A stretch of DNA of 64,000 nt from the human T2T-CHM13v2.0 reference genome, Homo sapiens, in assembly GCF_009914755.1 (NCBI RefSeq), contig NC_060947.1, one strand, 5' to 3'. The notes beneath the pieces were generated by a model. It ran no database searches. It had not been told where the DNA came from and worked only from the letters and a program-made list of their open reading frames with translations. Both the position numbers and the translations under genes were made by a program. Positions 15,198-27,059 of this stretch are shown in pieces (within the stretch, counting starts at the first letter, position 1; every line of letters begins with the position of its first letter).

Positions 15198-15566
15198 TGT
15201 ATGTGTCCGTTTTTACACTGCTCTAAAGATATTACCAAGACTGGGTAATTTACAAAGGAAAGAAGTTTAATTGACTCACAGTTCCACATGTCTGGGGAAG
15301 TGTCAGGAAACTTACAATCATGGAGAATGAGGAAGCAAGCATCTTCCTCAAAAGGCAGCAGAAGAGAGAAGAATGAGGAGCACAGGGGGAAGAGCCCCTT
15401 ATAAAACCATCAGATCTCATGAGAACTCACTCACTATCATGAGAACAGCATGGGGGAAACTGCCCCCATGATCCCATCACCTTCCACTTGGTCTCAACAC
15501 AGGAAGATTATGGAGATTACAACTCAAGATGAGATTTGGGTAAGGACACAGAACCAAACCATATCC
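15198..15566 (-). mobile_element. THE1/MST solo LTR
   Basis: TGTATGTGTCCGTTTTTACACTGCT...AACCAAACCATATC with 5-bp TSD CTTGG on both sides. Confidence 0.88.
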
Positions 15567-17436
15567 CTTGGTGACATGAAGTACTGTGTTCTGAATTTCA
15601 AGTGAAAATTCTCTGGAGACACTGGGTGTGTGCTTCCAATGTTTAATTCAAATATTACTCATATACCTTTGTGGAAAGGGAGAACCGTATTGGGTATATT
15701 TTATGTAATCTTGGGAAACTTGGGGGACTAGAGTGAGGAATAGGCCTCCTATTCTTGAGGGTTTATATAAAATGCACAATTACATCAGTGACTCAAACCC
15801 ATAGTATAAATACTGATGGGAGGAACAACAGCCATTATGTTTTCTTCTCCACTCAAACAGGAAAGATCAAATCTCTATCATGTTGTGTATTGCGTATAGG
15901 CCTATAAATTCAACTCCTACATTATACTAACTATTCAGATTCACAAAAAGTAAGACAAAAAGAGATTGGTCTCTGTCATTTCTATGAAGGACTAAATCTC
16001 TACTCATCTCACAAATGTGTCAGAGAAGAATAGATGGTACTATTGGATAGCACAGTGCAAATCCATCTTCGTTGTTGAAAAATATCGTAAATGTTTCTGA
16101 GAACAGCTTTGATTAGCAAATGGATTAGCAAATGCAATCCCTTATCATTGGTATCATAGGAACCGCCATAGGAAGAGAATGGTAAATGGCTAGAAAGTGC
16201 AGAGTTCCAGGAAAGCTTTTCCCAGATCATGAAAACCATCAATATGCTAGTACAACACAGATGAAAGAGGATGGGTGTTGGTGTCTGAGGTAGAAAGAAA
16301 TGAAGTAGGATTGTGTTCCGGATTTGGCTTTTAGCTTGGCTGTTGTTGGTGTTTAGGAATTCTAGTGAAGTTTGTATGTTGATTTTGTGTCCTGAAACTT
16401 TGCTGGAGTTGTTTATCAGCTGAAGGCACTTTGGGGCCAAGACTATGGGGTTTTGTATATATATAGAATCATGTCATCTGCAAACAGGGATAATTTGATT
16501 TCTTCTCTTCCTGTTTGGATGCCCTAATTTCTTCCTCTTCCCTGATTGCTCTGGCCAGGACTTCCAAAACTATGTTGGAATGGTGAGATAGTGTATTCTT
16601 GTCTTGTGCTGGTTTTCAAGGGGAATACTTCCAGCTTTCATCCTTTCAGTATGATGTTGTTTGTGGGTTTGTCATAGATGGCTCTTATTATTTTGAGGTA
16701 TAATCCTTTAACACCTAGTTTATTGAGAGTTTTTAAATGAAGGAATGCGAAATTTTATCAAAAGACTTTTCTGCATCTAGTGAGATCATCATGTGGTGAT
16801 TCTCTTTAGTTTTGTTTCTGTGATGAATCACATTTACTGATTTGCATATGTTGAATCAATTTTGGATCCCATGGATAAAGCCCACTTGATTCTGATGGAT
16901 TATCTTTTTGATGTGCTTCTAGATTCAGTTTGCAAGTATTCCGTTGAGGATTTTTGTATCAATGTTCATCAAGGATATTGGCCTAAACTTTTGTTATGTT
17001 TTGTCTCCACCACGTTTTTGTACCAGGATGATGCTGGTCTCATGGAATGAGTTGTGGGGGAGCCACTTCTCCTCAAATTTTTTTTATAATAGTTTCAGTA
17101 GGAATGGTTCTAGCTCTTCTTTTTACATCTGGTAGAATTTGGCTGTGTATCTCTCTGACCCTGGGCTTTTACTGATTTTAGGCTATTTACTACTGATTCA
17201 ATTTCAGGGTTAATTATCGATCTGGTCAGGGAATCATTTTCTTCCTGGTTCAGTCTTGGGAGGGTGTATGTGTCCAGGAATATACCCATGTCTTCTAGGT
17301 TTTCTGGTTTACATGCGTAGTGGTATTCAGAATCTCTGATGCTTGTTTTTATTTCTGTGGGACTAGTGGTAACGTTCCTTTTTTGTTTCTTATTGCATTT
17401 ATTTGCTTATTCTCTCTTTTCTTCTTTTTTAATATC

Positions 17437-18097
17437 TGATATGGTTTATCTCTGTGTTCCCACCCAAATCTCATGTCTAATTGTATTCCTGACATGTTGG
17501 GCGAGGAGCCTGGTGGCAGGTGACTGAATCATGGGGGCAAATTTTCCCCTTGATGCTCTCATGATAGTGAGTTCTCAGGAGATCTCATCATTTAAAAGTG
17601 TGTGGCACTTCCCCCTTCTCCCTGCCACCATGTGATTCCAAGTTTCCTGAGGTCACCCAAGCCATGCAGAACTAACTGTGAGTCAATTAAACCTCTTTTC
17701 TTCATCAATTACCTAGTCTCAGGTAGATGTAAATCCATCTTCATTGTTGAAAAATATCTTAAATGCATCTGACAACAGCTTTGATTAGCAAATGGATTAG
17801 CAAATGGCAATTCCTTATTGTTGGTATCATAGGAACCGCCATAGGGAGAGAATGGTAAATGGCTAGAAAGTGCAGTCACAGAAAAGCTTTTCCCAGACCA
17901 TGAAAGCCATCAATATGCTAGTACAACACAGATGAAAGAGGAGAGGTGTTGCTGTCTGGGGTAGAAAGAAATGAAGTAGGATTGTGTTCCCGATTTGGCT
18001 CTTGGCTTGGCTGCTGTTGGTGTGTAGGAATGCTAGTGAAGTTTGTGTGTTGATTTTGTGTCCTGAAACGTTTGCAGTGTGCAAATGGACTAATACA
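17437..18097 (+). mobile_element. THE1/MST solo LTR inside L1, interrupted by a ~345-bp templated insertion
   Basis: TGATATGGTTT...AGTCTCAGGTAG[insert 17731-18075]GCAGTGTGCAAATGGACTAATACA. Confidence 0.85.
17731..18075 (+). repeat. Direct duplicate of 16059-16403
   Basis: Colinear match of roughly 90% by eye; the paired ORFs 16009..16440 and 17863..18084 share SGHKIN.QTSL...[12 protein letters not shown]...[11 protein letters not shown]. Confidence 0.92.
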
Positions 18098-21000
18098 ATA
18101 TATTACTTAATTTTTCAAAAAAAAAAACCTCTGGACTTGTTGGTCTGTTGAATGGTTTTTTGTGTCTTCATCGTTGTCAGTTCAGCTTGGTTATTTCTTG
18201 TCTTCTGCTAGCTTTGGGGTTGGTTTGTTTTTGGTTCTCTAGTTCTTTTACTTGTGATGTAAGGTTTTCAATTTAAGATATTTCTGCTTTTTTGATGTGG
18301 ACATTGCCCAAAAGAATAACATACCTAGGAATATAGCTAACCAAGTAGTTCTAAAATCTCTGCAATGATAATTTAAAAACACTGCTCAAAAAAATCACAG
18401 AAGACACAAACAAGTGGAAAAACATTTCATGCTCATAGACAGGAAAAAATACTATCATTAAAATGGCCATACTGCCCAAAGCAATTTACAGATTCAATGC
18501 AATGCCTATCAAACTACCAATGGCATTTTTCACAGAACTAGAAAAACCGATTTTAAAATTCACATGGAACCAAAAAAGTGGCTGAAGAGCCAAAGCAATC
18601 CTAAGCAAAAAGAACAAAGCTGGAGACATCATGTTACCTAACTTCAAACTATAATACAAGGCTACAGTAACCAAAGCAGCATGATACTGGTACATAAACA
18701 GACACATAGACCAATGGAACAGAATAGAGAACCCAGAAGTTTGGCAACACAGCTACAACCTTCTGATCTTTGAGAAAGCTGACAAAAACAAGAATGAGGA
18801 AGGGATTCCTTATTCAATAAATGGTGCTAGGTAACTGGCTAGCTATATGCAGAACATTGAAACTGAACCCCTTCCTATATCATATGCAAAAATCAACTCA
18901 AGATGTATTAAACACTTAAATGTAAAGCCCAAAACTATAAAAACCCTGTAAGATAACCTAGGCAAAACCATTTTGCACATAGGAACTAGCAAACATCTCA
19001 TAGCAAAGATGCCAAAAGCAATACCAACAAAAGCAAAAATTGACAAATGGGATCTAATTAAATTTAAGAGATTCTGTACAGCAAATGAAACTATCAACAG
19101 AGTAAACAGACAACCTACAGATTGCAGGAAAATTTTTGCAAACTATGCATCTGACGAAAGTTGCATATCCAGCCTCTATAAGGAACTTAAATAAATTTTC
19201 AAGAAAAAAACCATTTTAAAAAGTGGGCAAAAAATATGAATGGACGCTTTTCAAAACAAGACATATGTGTAGCAAAGAAGCATATGAAAAACAGCTCAAT
19301 ATCACTGATTATTAGAAAAAATGCAAGTCAAAACCACAATGACATACCATCTCCCACCATCTTTGGAGATACATACTACCTCCCACCATCTTTGGAGATA
19401 CATACCATCTCCCAAGAATGGCCATTATTAGAAAGTTAAAAAACAATAGATGTTGGTGAGGTTGCAGAGAAAAGGGAAGATTTATCCACTGTTGGTGGGA
19501 GTTTAAATTGGTTCCACCATTGTGGAAAGCACTGTGACAGTTCCTCAAAGTGCTAAAAACAGACCTACCATTTGACCCAGCAATCCCACTACTTGGTATA
19601 TACTCAATAAAATATAAACTATTCTATCATAAAGACACGTGCATGCATATGTTTATTGCAGCACTAGTCACAATAGCGAAGAAATGCAATCAACCTAAAT
19701 GCCCATCAATGGCAGATTGGATAAAGAAAATGTGATACATATATACCATGGTATATTATGCAGCCATAAAAAAGAATGACATCATGTCCTCTGCTGACAC
19801 ATGGATGGAGTTGGAGGCCATTGTCCTTAGTAAAGTAATGCAGGAACAGAAAAACAAATACAACATGTTCTCACTTCTAAGTGGGAGCTAAATGATGAGA
19901 ACACATGGACACAAAGAGGAGAACAACAGACACTGGGGCTTATCAAAGTGTGGAGATTGGGAGGAGGGAGAAGAGCAGAAAAATAACTAGTAGGTACTGG
20001 CATTATTACCTGGGTGACAAAATCATCTATACAACAAATCCCCATGACACGAGTTTACCTATACATCAAACCTGCACATGTCCTCCTGAACTTAAAATCA
20101 AAGTTAAAAAAAAAGGGACAAAGTGAAACCTGATCATCAGTCTCTTACCTTGTAATATCATAGTTTATTTTTATAGCGTATTTAGTAATTTAAAATCATT
20201 TATCTTCTTGTCTATAGTTTGCTCACCATTGACTAGAAGATAAACACTTTGAAGGGACCAACATACTCTGTGTTGTTCATAGCTAGTTTTTATCCCATAA
20301 TGTGTCTTCCACTGACTCTGAGGTAAACACTCTCTTATCGTACTTACTGTCTTCATCTTATAAATATGAAAAACAAGAATCAAATATATTAAGTGGCTTG
20401 TCAAGTTAATTTATTAATTTGTATCTTGATTTTGTGTACATATAATTTAACAAGAATATAATAAAATGCAAAAAAATCACAGAAGTGAAATTTTAAAATA
20501 CAGAAAAGCAAAGGTAATAATAAAACAAAATGAAGCCAGAAGTGAGGTTAAGATTGCTAAGCATAACAGGTGCTATGGATGAGATCCAACTTTATCTCTA
20601 AGCTTTTTATAATCCACCACACAAAGAAGATCTTGATAAATTTTAAAAAAACAAACTGTCTATAATAAGCAGCAGAGCTTGGAATAACCGATTAATGCAA
20701 TATACCTGCCTTGCAACTTATTCAGCCAACTCTTTCTTTAACATTTTATTGAGAGGTAAATAATTATATATAAATTCCTTCCAGTCTCTCGGCCTTACAG
20801 CAAGTCTGTGTATGTCACAATGCTTCCATAGATGTCTCAGAAAGACTGAGAATGCTAAAGGAGCAATGATCAATCAGGCCTCTGTCATTGTCTTCTGGTT
20901 TACTTTCTGGGCCGGTGTGTCTAGGAAATGTGATGATCATATATAGCCATTTTTGGGTGAACCCTCAATATCACAAATAAATATGTTCTTCAAAAGGTGG

Positions 21001-21493
21001 GAAGATGCACTCAGAATCTTAAGTGAGGAAGATTATAATACAATCTTATAAAGCTATCTTGTAAGTAGCTGCTTAAATTTCACAGAAGCTTGTGGATCTC
21101 TGGGATTATATAAGTCTAACTTTGAATAAGTGAGGCAATGGATGTGGAAAATTGCCCTCAGCTTATTCCTTTATTTTTATTTTATTTGATGATATAACTA
21201 TATAACTTTGTATCCTGTGAATTATATAATTAAATAAATGTTGATCTGCAAAAATCTATTCAGAGGACATTGGAACAGTGTTTTAACATTTCATGTAGAT
21301 CTTACCTTAGAGTACTGATGTTTTGGAGATGCTATTTAGCAAGGAGTATGAAAATATTTTCTGATTATATTATTTCTTTTGTTTCATTCAAATTTAAACA
21401 ACTTTATACTGTAGAAAAACACACCCCAAAATATTTTCAGCTCATACTTAGTGATTTAAACTTTACACAAAAAATTATTCATGAATTAAGATA

Positions 21494-21768
21494 GTCTCAC
21501 TCGGTCGCCCAGGCTGAGTGTGATGACACAGTCACAGCTTACTGCAGCCTTGGCTTCCATGGCTCAAGCGATCCTCCCACCTCAGCCTCCCGAGTAGCTG
21601 GGACTACAGGCATGCAACACTAACCCTGGCTAATTTTTTATTTTTTTTTTTGTACAGACAGAGTCTCACCATGTTGCCCAGGATGGTCTTGAGTTCCTGG
21701 GCTCAAGTTATCCTCCTGCCTTAACCTCCCAAAGTGCTGGGGTTACAGGTGTACCACCATTCCCCGGC
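21494..21768 (-). mobile_element. Alu (AluJ-like)
   Basis: GGCTCAAGCGATCCTCCCACCTCAGCCTCC and CTGGGCTCAAG, J-type motifs. Confidence 0.85.
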
Positions 21769-22842
21769 AAGCACTAATATATTTCAATAACTTAATGACT
21801 TAAGCTACATTAGAAGATACAATTTGCTGGATTTTATTCTATCTTTTTCTCTAAATGTTATAAAGCATCTTCTGTGTTTCAATATACACAGTACTTCATT
21901 TAATCTTATAAGGCAGTCACTATTATATAACTTATTTTAAATATTCAGAGAAGTCAAATATCTTGTTTAAATATTTTTCAGTGTCCCCCCCTTTCTTATA
22001 TATTTGTGTCTGCATGTGAATATATGAATTTCTCTTTCCTATGTTAAGCTCTTAATTGATCATCTTTCTCTCTCAGTACTACCAAATATACCAAGCGCAA
22101 TGAACCGTCAAAATAGGGATTGCAAAACCAGGGAGGGTTAGGATTCAGGGATCTGTCAAAAACAGGGCTCAGGATCCCCTATCTCTGCTTCATTGGGGCC
22201 ATTTTGCTTTTGCCCATTTTAAATATTGGGGCTCTACAAATAATTTTTTTTGAAAAATTATCTTGAGCTAATAATAATTGGTTAAAATGAATGCTTCTTA
22301 TCTCCAGAAAAATAGCAAGCGGGGCTAGAGGTCGAGATTAGAAATATTTGCATTTACACTGAATAGGGTTTCAGGGTACGGTTTTAGGCCAAGCATAATG
22401 TGGAGGCTAAGTTTTCCATGGTGTGAAAACCAAGGGCTCAGAACAGCAAAGACCTAGGAAGTCATTATAGATTCATTTGGAAAAAAAACTGCTGTATATA
22501 TCATTTGATTTTCACCTTTTAATTTTTTTTTTTTTTGCATTATATAGGGCTGTGTAGGTTGGCCAAACTATTTCAAAGATCTATCTTTAAGAATGAACTC
22601 AGGAGCCTGTATTTTTTCACATTATGTGAGATTGACTATGAAGAACTTAGTACTTCTTGTCACTCACTTCTTTGTGGGAACCAGTGCCAGTTTGGACTAT
22701 TGAACAAGTGGGATCTGTAGCTCATGACCTGGTAGGTTGATGAGAGTTTGTGCATATTTAACTGAGGGTTAACATGACAATAACTCATCTTCCAGAGAAA
22801 AATTAAGAGATTTCTATCAAAAGTCAAACTGATAAAGAAACC

Positions 22843-23328
22843 GTGATGTGTGTGTGTGTGATAAAATATTATTCAGCCTTATGAAAAGAGATTCTGACCT
22901 TTGTCACAACATGGATAAACCGAGAGGACGTTATGCTAAGTGAAATAAGCCAGACACAGAAAAAAATATTGCACGATATTACTTCTATATGGAAGCTAAA
23001 AATTGTCAAATATGTAAAGGTAGAGAATGAAACAGTATTTACCAGAGGTGAGGGGGGTGGAGAGATGTAGGCCATAGGATCTAAAGTTACAAATGTGTAA
23101 AATCAACAAGTGTAGTGATCTAACATACAACATAAAGATTATAAAGTTTTACTGTAGGTATTTCTGTTAAATTAATAGATTTTAGTTGCTCTTGCACCAA
23201 GAAAGGGTACACATGAGATGATACATATATTAAATTACTTAACTATAGTGACCATTTTACTATTTATATGTATCTCATAACATCATATTGTATAACTTAA
23301 ATATACACAATAAATTTTTTTAAAAAAG
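22843..23328 (+). mobile_element. L1M 3' end
   Basis: TATTCAGCCTTA...ACAACATGGATAAACC...ATGCTAAGTGAAATAAGCCAG...ACAATAAA. Confidence 0.7.
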
Positions 23329-24420
23329 ATGTTAATTACCTATAAATGAATTAACCTATTTACCTATAAATGAAAATACATTTAAATTCCAAATGTATTT
23401 AAGCCAAGACACAATATGAAAATATTTCTAGGTAAGTACATTTAAAATGCAAAAACATGAGTAAACCTATATACAAATATGTTTACATATATATGAGTAA
23501 ACATACGTTACCCAAGAAATATGAGAGTGAGGAAGAATGAAGGACACAAACTGAGAAATTAATTTAGCAGCCCAAGCAAGAAAGAGATTCAGTGGACAAT
23601 ACTGTGTCATTTTCTGGTGAAAGGAAGCAAACAATTTAAACTACCAAAACAACTGTTTTCTTGACACTACATTCTAAGGATATATGGGGGAAAACGTATA
23701 TTCAACTTCTGTTATTAAATAAATACAGCAATGCTTTTCAAATGGATGGTATTTAAATAGATTCTCCAGAAAAGCTGAGTGTCACATCAAATCAAATTTC
23801 AGTACAGGCATTTCTGTGGGAACAAGGGAATCTAGTTCAGGAAGAGTAAATGATCATTCAATAGGGGACCAAAGCTTAGAGTACTCGGAGGAGGGAGTTC
23901 ATGAGATCCTTTAGTATGTTTTTCTCAAATTTGAACCCTAGGCTTATACTATGAATTTATTTTGGCTAATTAATAAGGAAGGGTTGGGGAGGGAACAAAA
24001 CTCCACTAAGAAGCATAAAATAAGATTAGAAGCTTTTCACTTCTGTCCCAAGTATCAATATTTCACCACAAAACTTCATATTCTTTATCTTCAAGGATAC
24101 CACAGATTGGTTTGGGTGTAGTCTGGGGACAGAAACAGCCTTTATCATGCAGAGAATAAAAGCATGGTTAATTTGAAAAGCAGCATTATGGATTGAAGCT
24201 GAAATTAAGACCCAAACAAACAGTTGACCAGAAACATTACTCCAAAAGTACAGAAGAGAGTGTAAATAGCCAGTGTGATGTGATCAAATACATGATAGGT
24301 CAGAGAACAATCGGTTGCATAACAGATTATGGCAGGCATCTGCTGGACATATTGTTAGGGAAGCTTGCAAGTTTTATATGGAACTCACTGGTATTTTCTA
24401 TATATAGGCCACTGATCAGT

Positions 24421-24590
24421 TTTTATAATTTTCAATTTTTGTGGGTACATAGTAGGTGTATATATTTATGGGGTACATGAGATTCTTTGATACAGGCAGG
24501 CAATGCATAATAATATCATCATGGTAAATGGGGTATCCATCCTCTCAAGCATGTATCCTTTGTGTTACAACCAATCCACCAACTCTTAAA
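24421..24590 (-). mobile_element. L1MA 3' end fragment
   Basis: TTTTGTGGGTACATAGTAGGTGTATATATTTATGGGGTACATGAGA. Confidence 0.7.
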
Positions 24591-25114
24591 GGCAATCAAT
24601 TTTGCTTCATATATCAGGCAATAAGGAAACTCACAAATATTTACTTTGAATGTATATTCACATATTGGATTTAAATGTATATTGCTCCTTCTAGACTGTG
24701 AGCTTCATGAGGAAAGAGGCTGTCTTATTTATCACCAAACACCCAGTGAGAATCACATGGCTTGACAATTATAAGATAGTAGAAAATGTTTGTTGAAGGA
24801 CAGAATTACTCCTTCTATGTTTTTTTTTTTTTATTTAATAATAGCTACTTTACAAGAACGGAGAGATGGCATTATCCCTATGTTATGAGTGAGGATGTAA
24901 GACTCTGAACATTTAAATAACTTATACATGTTACAGACTCATCCATCCACTTAATAAATAACAGTGCTGTCATTTGAGGGCAAGTCTTCATTACACCAAA
25001 GCCCGTTATGCGACACTCTCTCCTTATCAAACGAACACAGTAAACACACACAATGCACAAATCACAGTGTTAGGTATTTCAGATGGTGCAAAAATAAGTA
25101 AGATAAGGTCCCTA

Positions 25115-25423
25115 GGCCGGGTGCGGTGGCTCACGCCTGTAATCCCAGCACTTTGGGAGGCCGAGGCGGGCGGATCATGAGGTCAGGAGATCGAGACCAT
25201 CCTGGCTAACATGGTGAAACCCCGTCTCTACGAAAAATACAAAAAATTAGCCGGGCGTGGTGGCAGGCGCCTGTAGTCCCAGCTACTCGGGAGGCTGGGG
25301 CAAGAGAATGGCATGAACTCGGGAGGCGGAGCTTGCAGTAAGCCGAGATCGTGCCACTGCTCTCCAGCCTGGGCAACAGAGCGAGACTCCGTCTCAAAAA
25401 AATAAAAAAATAAATAAAATAAA
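25115..25423 (+). mobile_element. AluY
   Basis: GAGATCGAGACCATCCTGGCTAAC, GGAGCTTGCAG; TSD ATAAGGTCCCT. Confidence 0.92.
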
Positions 25424-26344
25424 ATAAGGTCCCTGGCCTCTGACTAGCCTCTGAAGCAAGAAAAACAAAGGGTCATACAACATTAAAACACAAACTTTTT
25501 TTCAGATCTAAGGATATTGAAAACAATCACAATATTTTTCTCTTAATGGGATAGCACAAACTTTTTCTGTTAATGGGAGAGGATCTGAAGTTTTTGATGA
25601 GAAGCTTGAAAGACTGACAATAGAAGTATTTAAAAAGTCTGATGCACATGGACGTGGGAGGTGTGGTAGGCAGAATTTTGGTCCTCATAGCCTTCTCTGG
25701 GTCTTTTCTCTGCTCTGAGTGTGTTATATATTACATGCCAAAATAGACCTTACAGATGTAATTAAGGTTCAGTGGCATTAAAATAATATTATCCTGGATC
25801 ATCTGGATAGAACCAACAAAATCCCAAAATCACACGAGCTACTCCTTTTACCTCCATTTGTGGAGATCCAGATTTCTTTACTGAATCTTTTCTTTCTCTT
25901 TGGTTATATTGGCTATATTGATTAGTTATGGCATATATATATATATATATATATATCTTTCATCTTTTTATGGAATCAGCTTTTGTTTTGTCAATTCTCT
26001 CATATTTTTATTTTACATGCCATTTATTTTGCCCTTAATTATATTTTTGCCTCTTATTCTTTTCTGATTTATTCTGTTGATTTCTTTTAACTTTAATTCA
26101 TTGAAAAGGTGTTATATTTTAATTTTTTCACATATACAAATTATAATTCAAACCTATTAAATTCCTCTCTAAGATGGACTTTAGACACATTTCTCTATTT
26201 TGATGGATACCAGTTTTATTGTTATTAAGCTCAAAATATCGCATAATTTACATTGCAATTCAATATTTAACATATCGATTATTTAGTGTTTTTCCTGTCA
26301 AGATATATAGAATGAAATTCTATATATATTCTTTCCAATATATA

Positions 26345-26692
26345 TATAGGAATGAAATAATGGCACTCACAGCAACCTGATTGGAATTGAAGACTATTAT
26401 TCTAAGTGAAGTAACTCAGGTTGGAAAACCAAATATTATATGTTCTAACTCATGTGGGAGCTAAGCTAAGAGGATGCAAAGTCATAATAATGATACATTG
26501 GACTTTGGGGACTCAGGGAAAGGGTAGGTGGTGGTGAAGATAAAAAAATACACATTGAGTACAGCATACAATGCTCAGGTGCTCAGGTGATGGGTGTACC
26601 AAAATCTCAGAAATCACCACTAAAGAATTTATTCATGTACCCAAACACCATCTGCTCCCCAAAAACCTATTGAAATAAATAATAAACAAAAT
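26345..26692 (+). mobile_element. L1PB-type 3' end
   Basis: GACTATTATTCTAAGTGAAGTAACTCAGG...AAAATCTCAGAAATCACCACTAAAGAA...AAAAACCTATTGAAATAAA. Confidence 0.75.
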
Positions 26693-26699
26693 TATGGTG

Positions 26700-26915
26700 G
26701 TTAGTAAGACAGGATTTGAAGACAGATTTTCTGACTTTCAATTCTTATTCTGCTACCTACTAATTGTATAACCTTGACTAAGCATAAGGAAATGTAATAC
26801 CTCTGTGTTTCAGTTTCCTACTCAATAAAATTGTTGGAAGGATTAAATAAATAAATGTATGTAAAATACTTAGAAAAGTGGCACATGGTAAGCATTTAAT
26901 AAGTATTAGTGTTAT
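26700..26915 (+). mobile_element. MIR
   Basis: ATAACCTTGACTAAG...CCTCTGTGTTTCAGTTTCCT...GGCACATGGTAAGCATTTAATAA. Confidence 0.65.
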
Positions 26916-27059
26916 TATGGAATAAAAGCAAGACTGTACATATGAGAAAATTCATGGTCCAAAGAAGTTGTATTATCAAGGAAGAATTGAATGAAAACAA
27001 GTGAACTTGAGATGAAATTCAGAAAGTTAAAAGTACTAACAAAACAAAACCATAGGAGC

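Larger units (their letters stand above)
16305..20113 (+). mobile_element. 5'-inverted (twin-primed) L1PA-type element: antisense block ~16305-18302, sense block ~18303-20113
   Basis: ORF2 remnants ([23 protein letters not shown]); L1PA 3'UTR ending AAAGTTAAAAAAAA. The outer end of the inverted block is contiguous in L1 coordinates with the start of the sense block. Confidence 0.85.

Noticed and set aside
18486-20126. L1 ORF2-like peptides as an active reverse transcriptase
   Set aside because: Fragmented by stops and frameshifts; no intact L1 ORF anywhere in the window.
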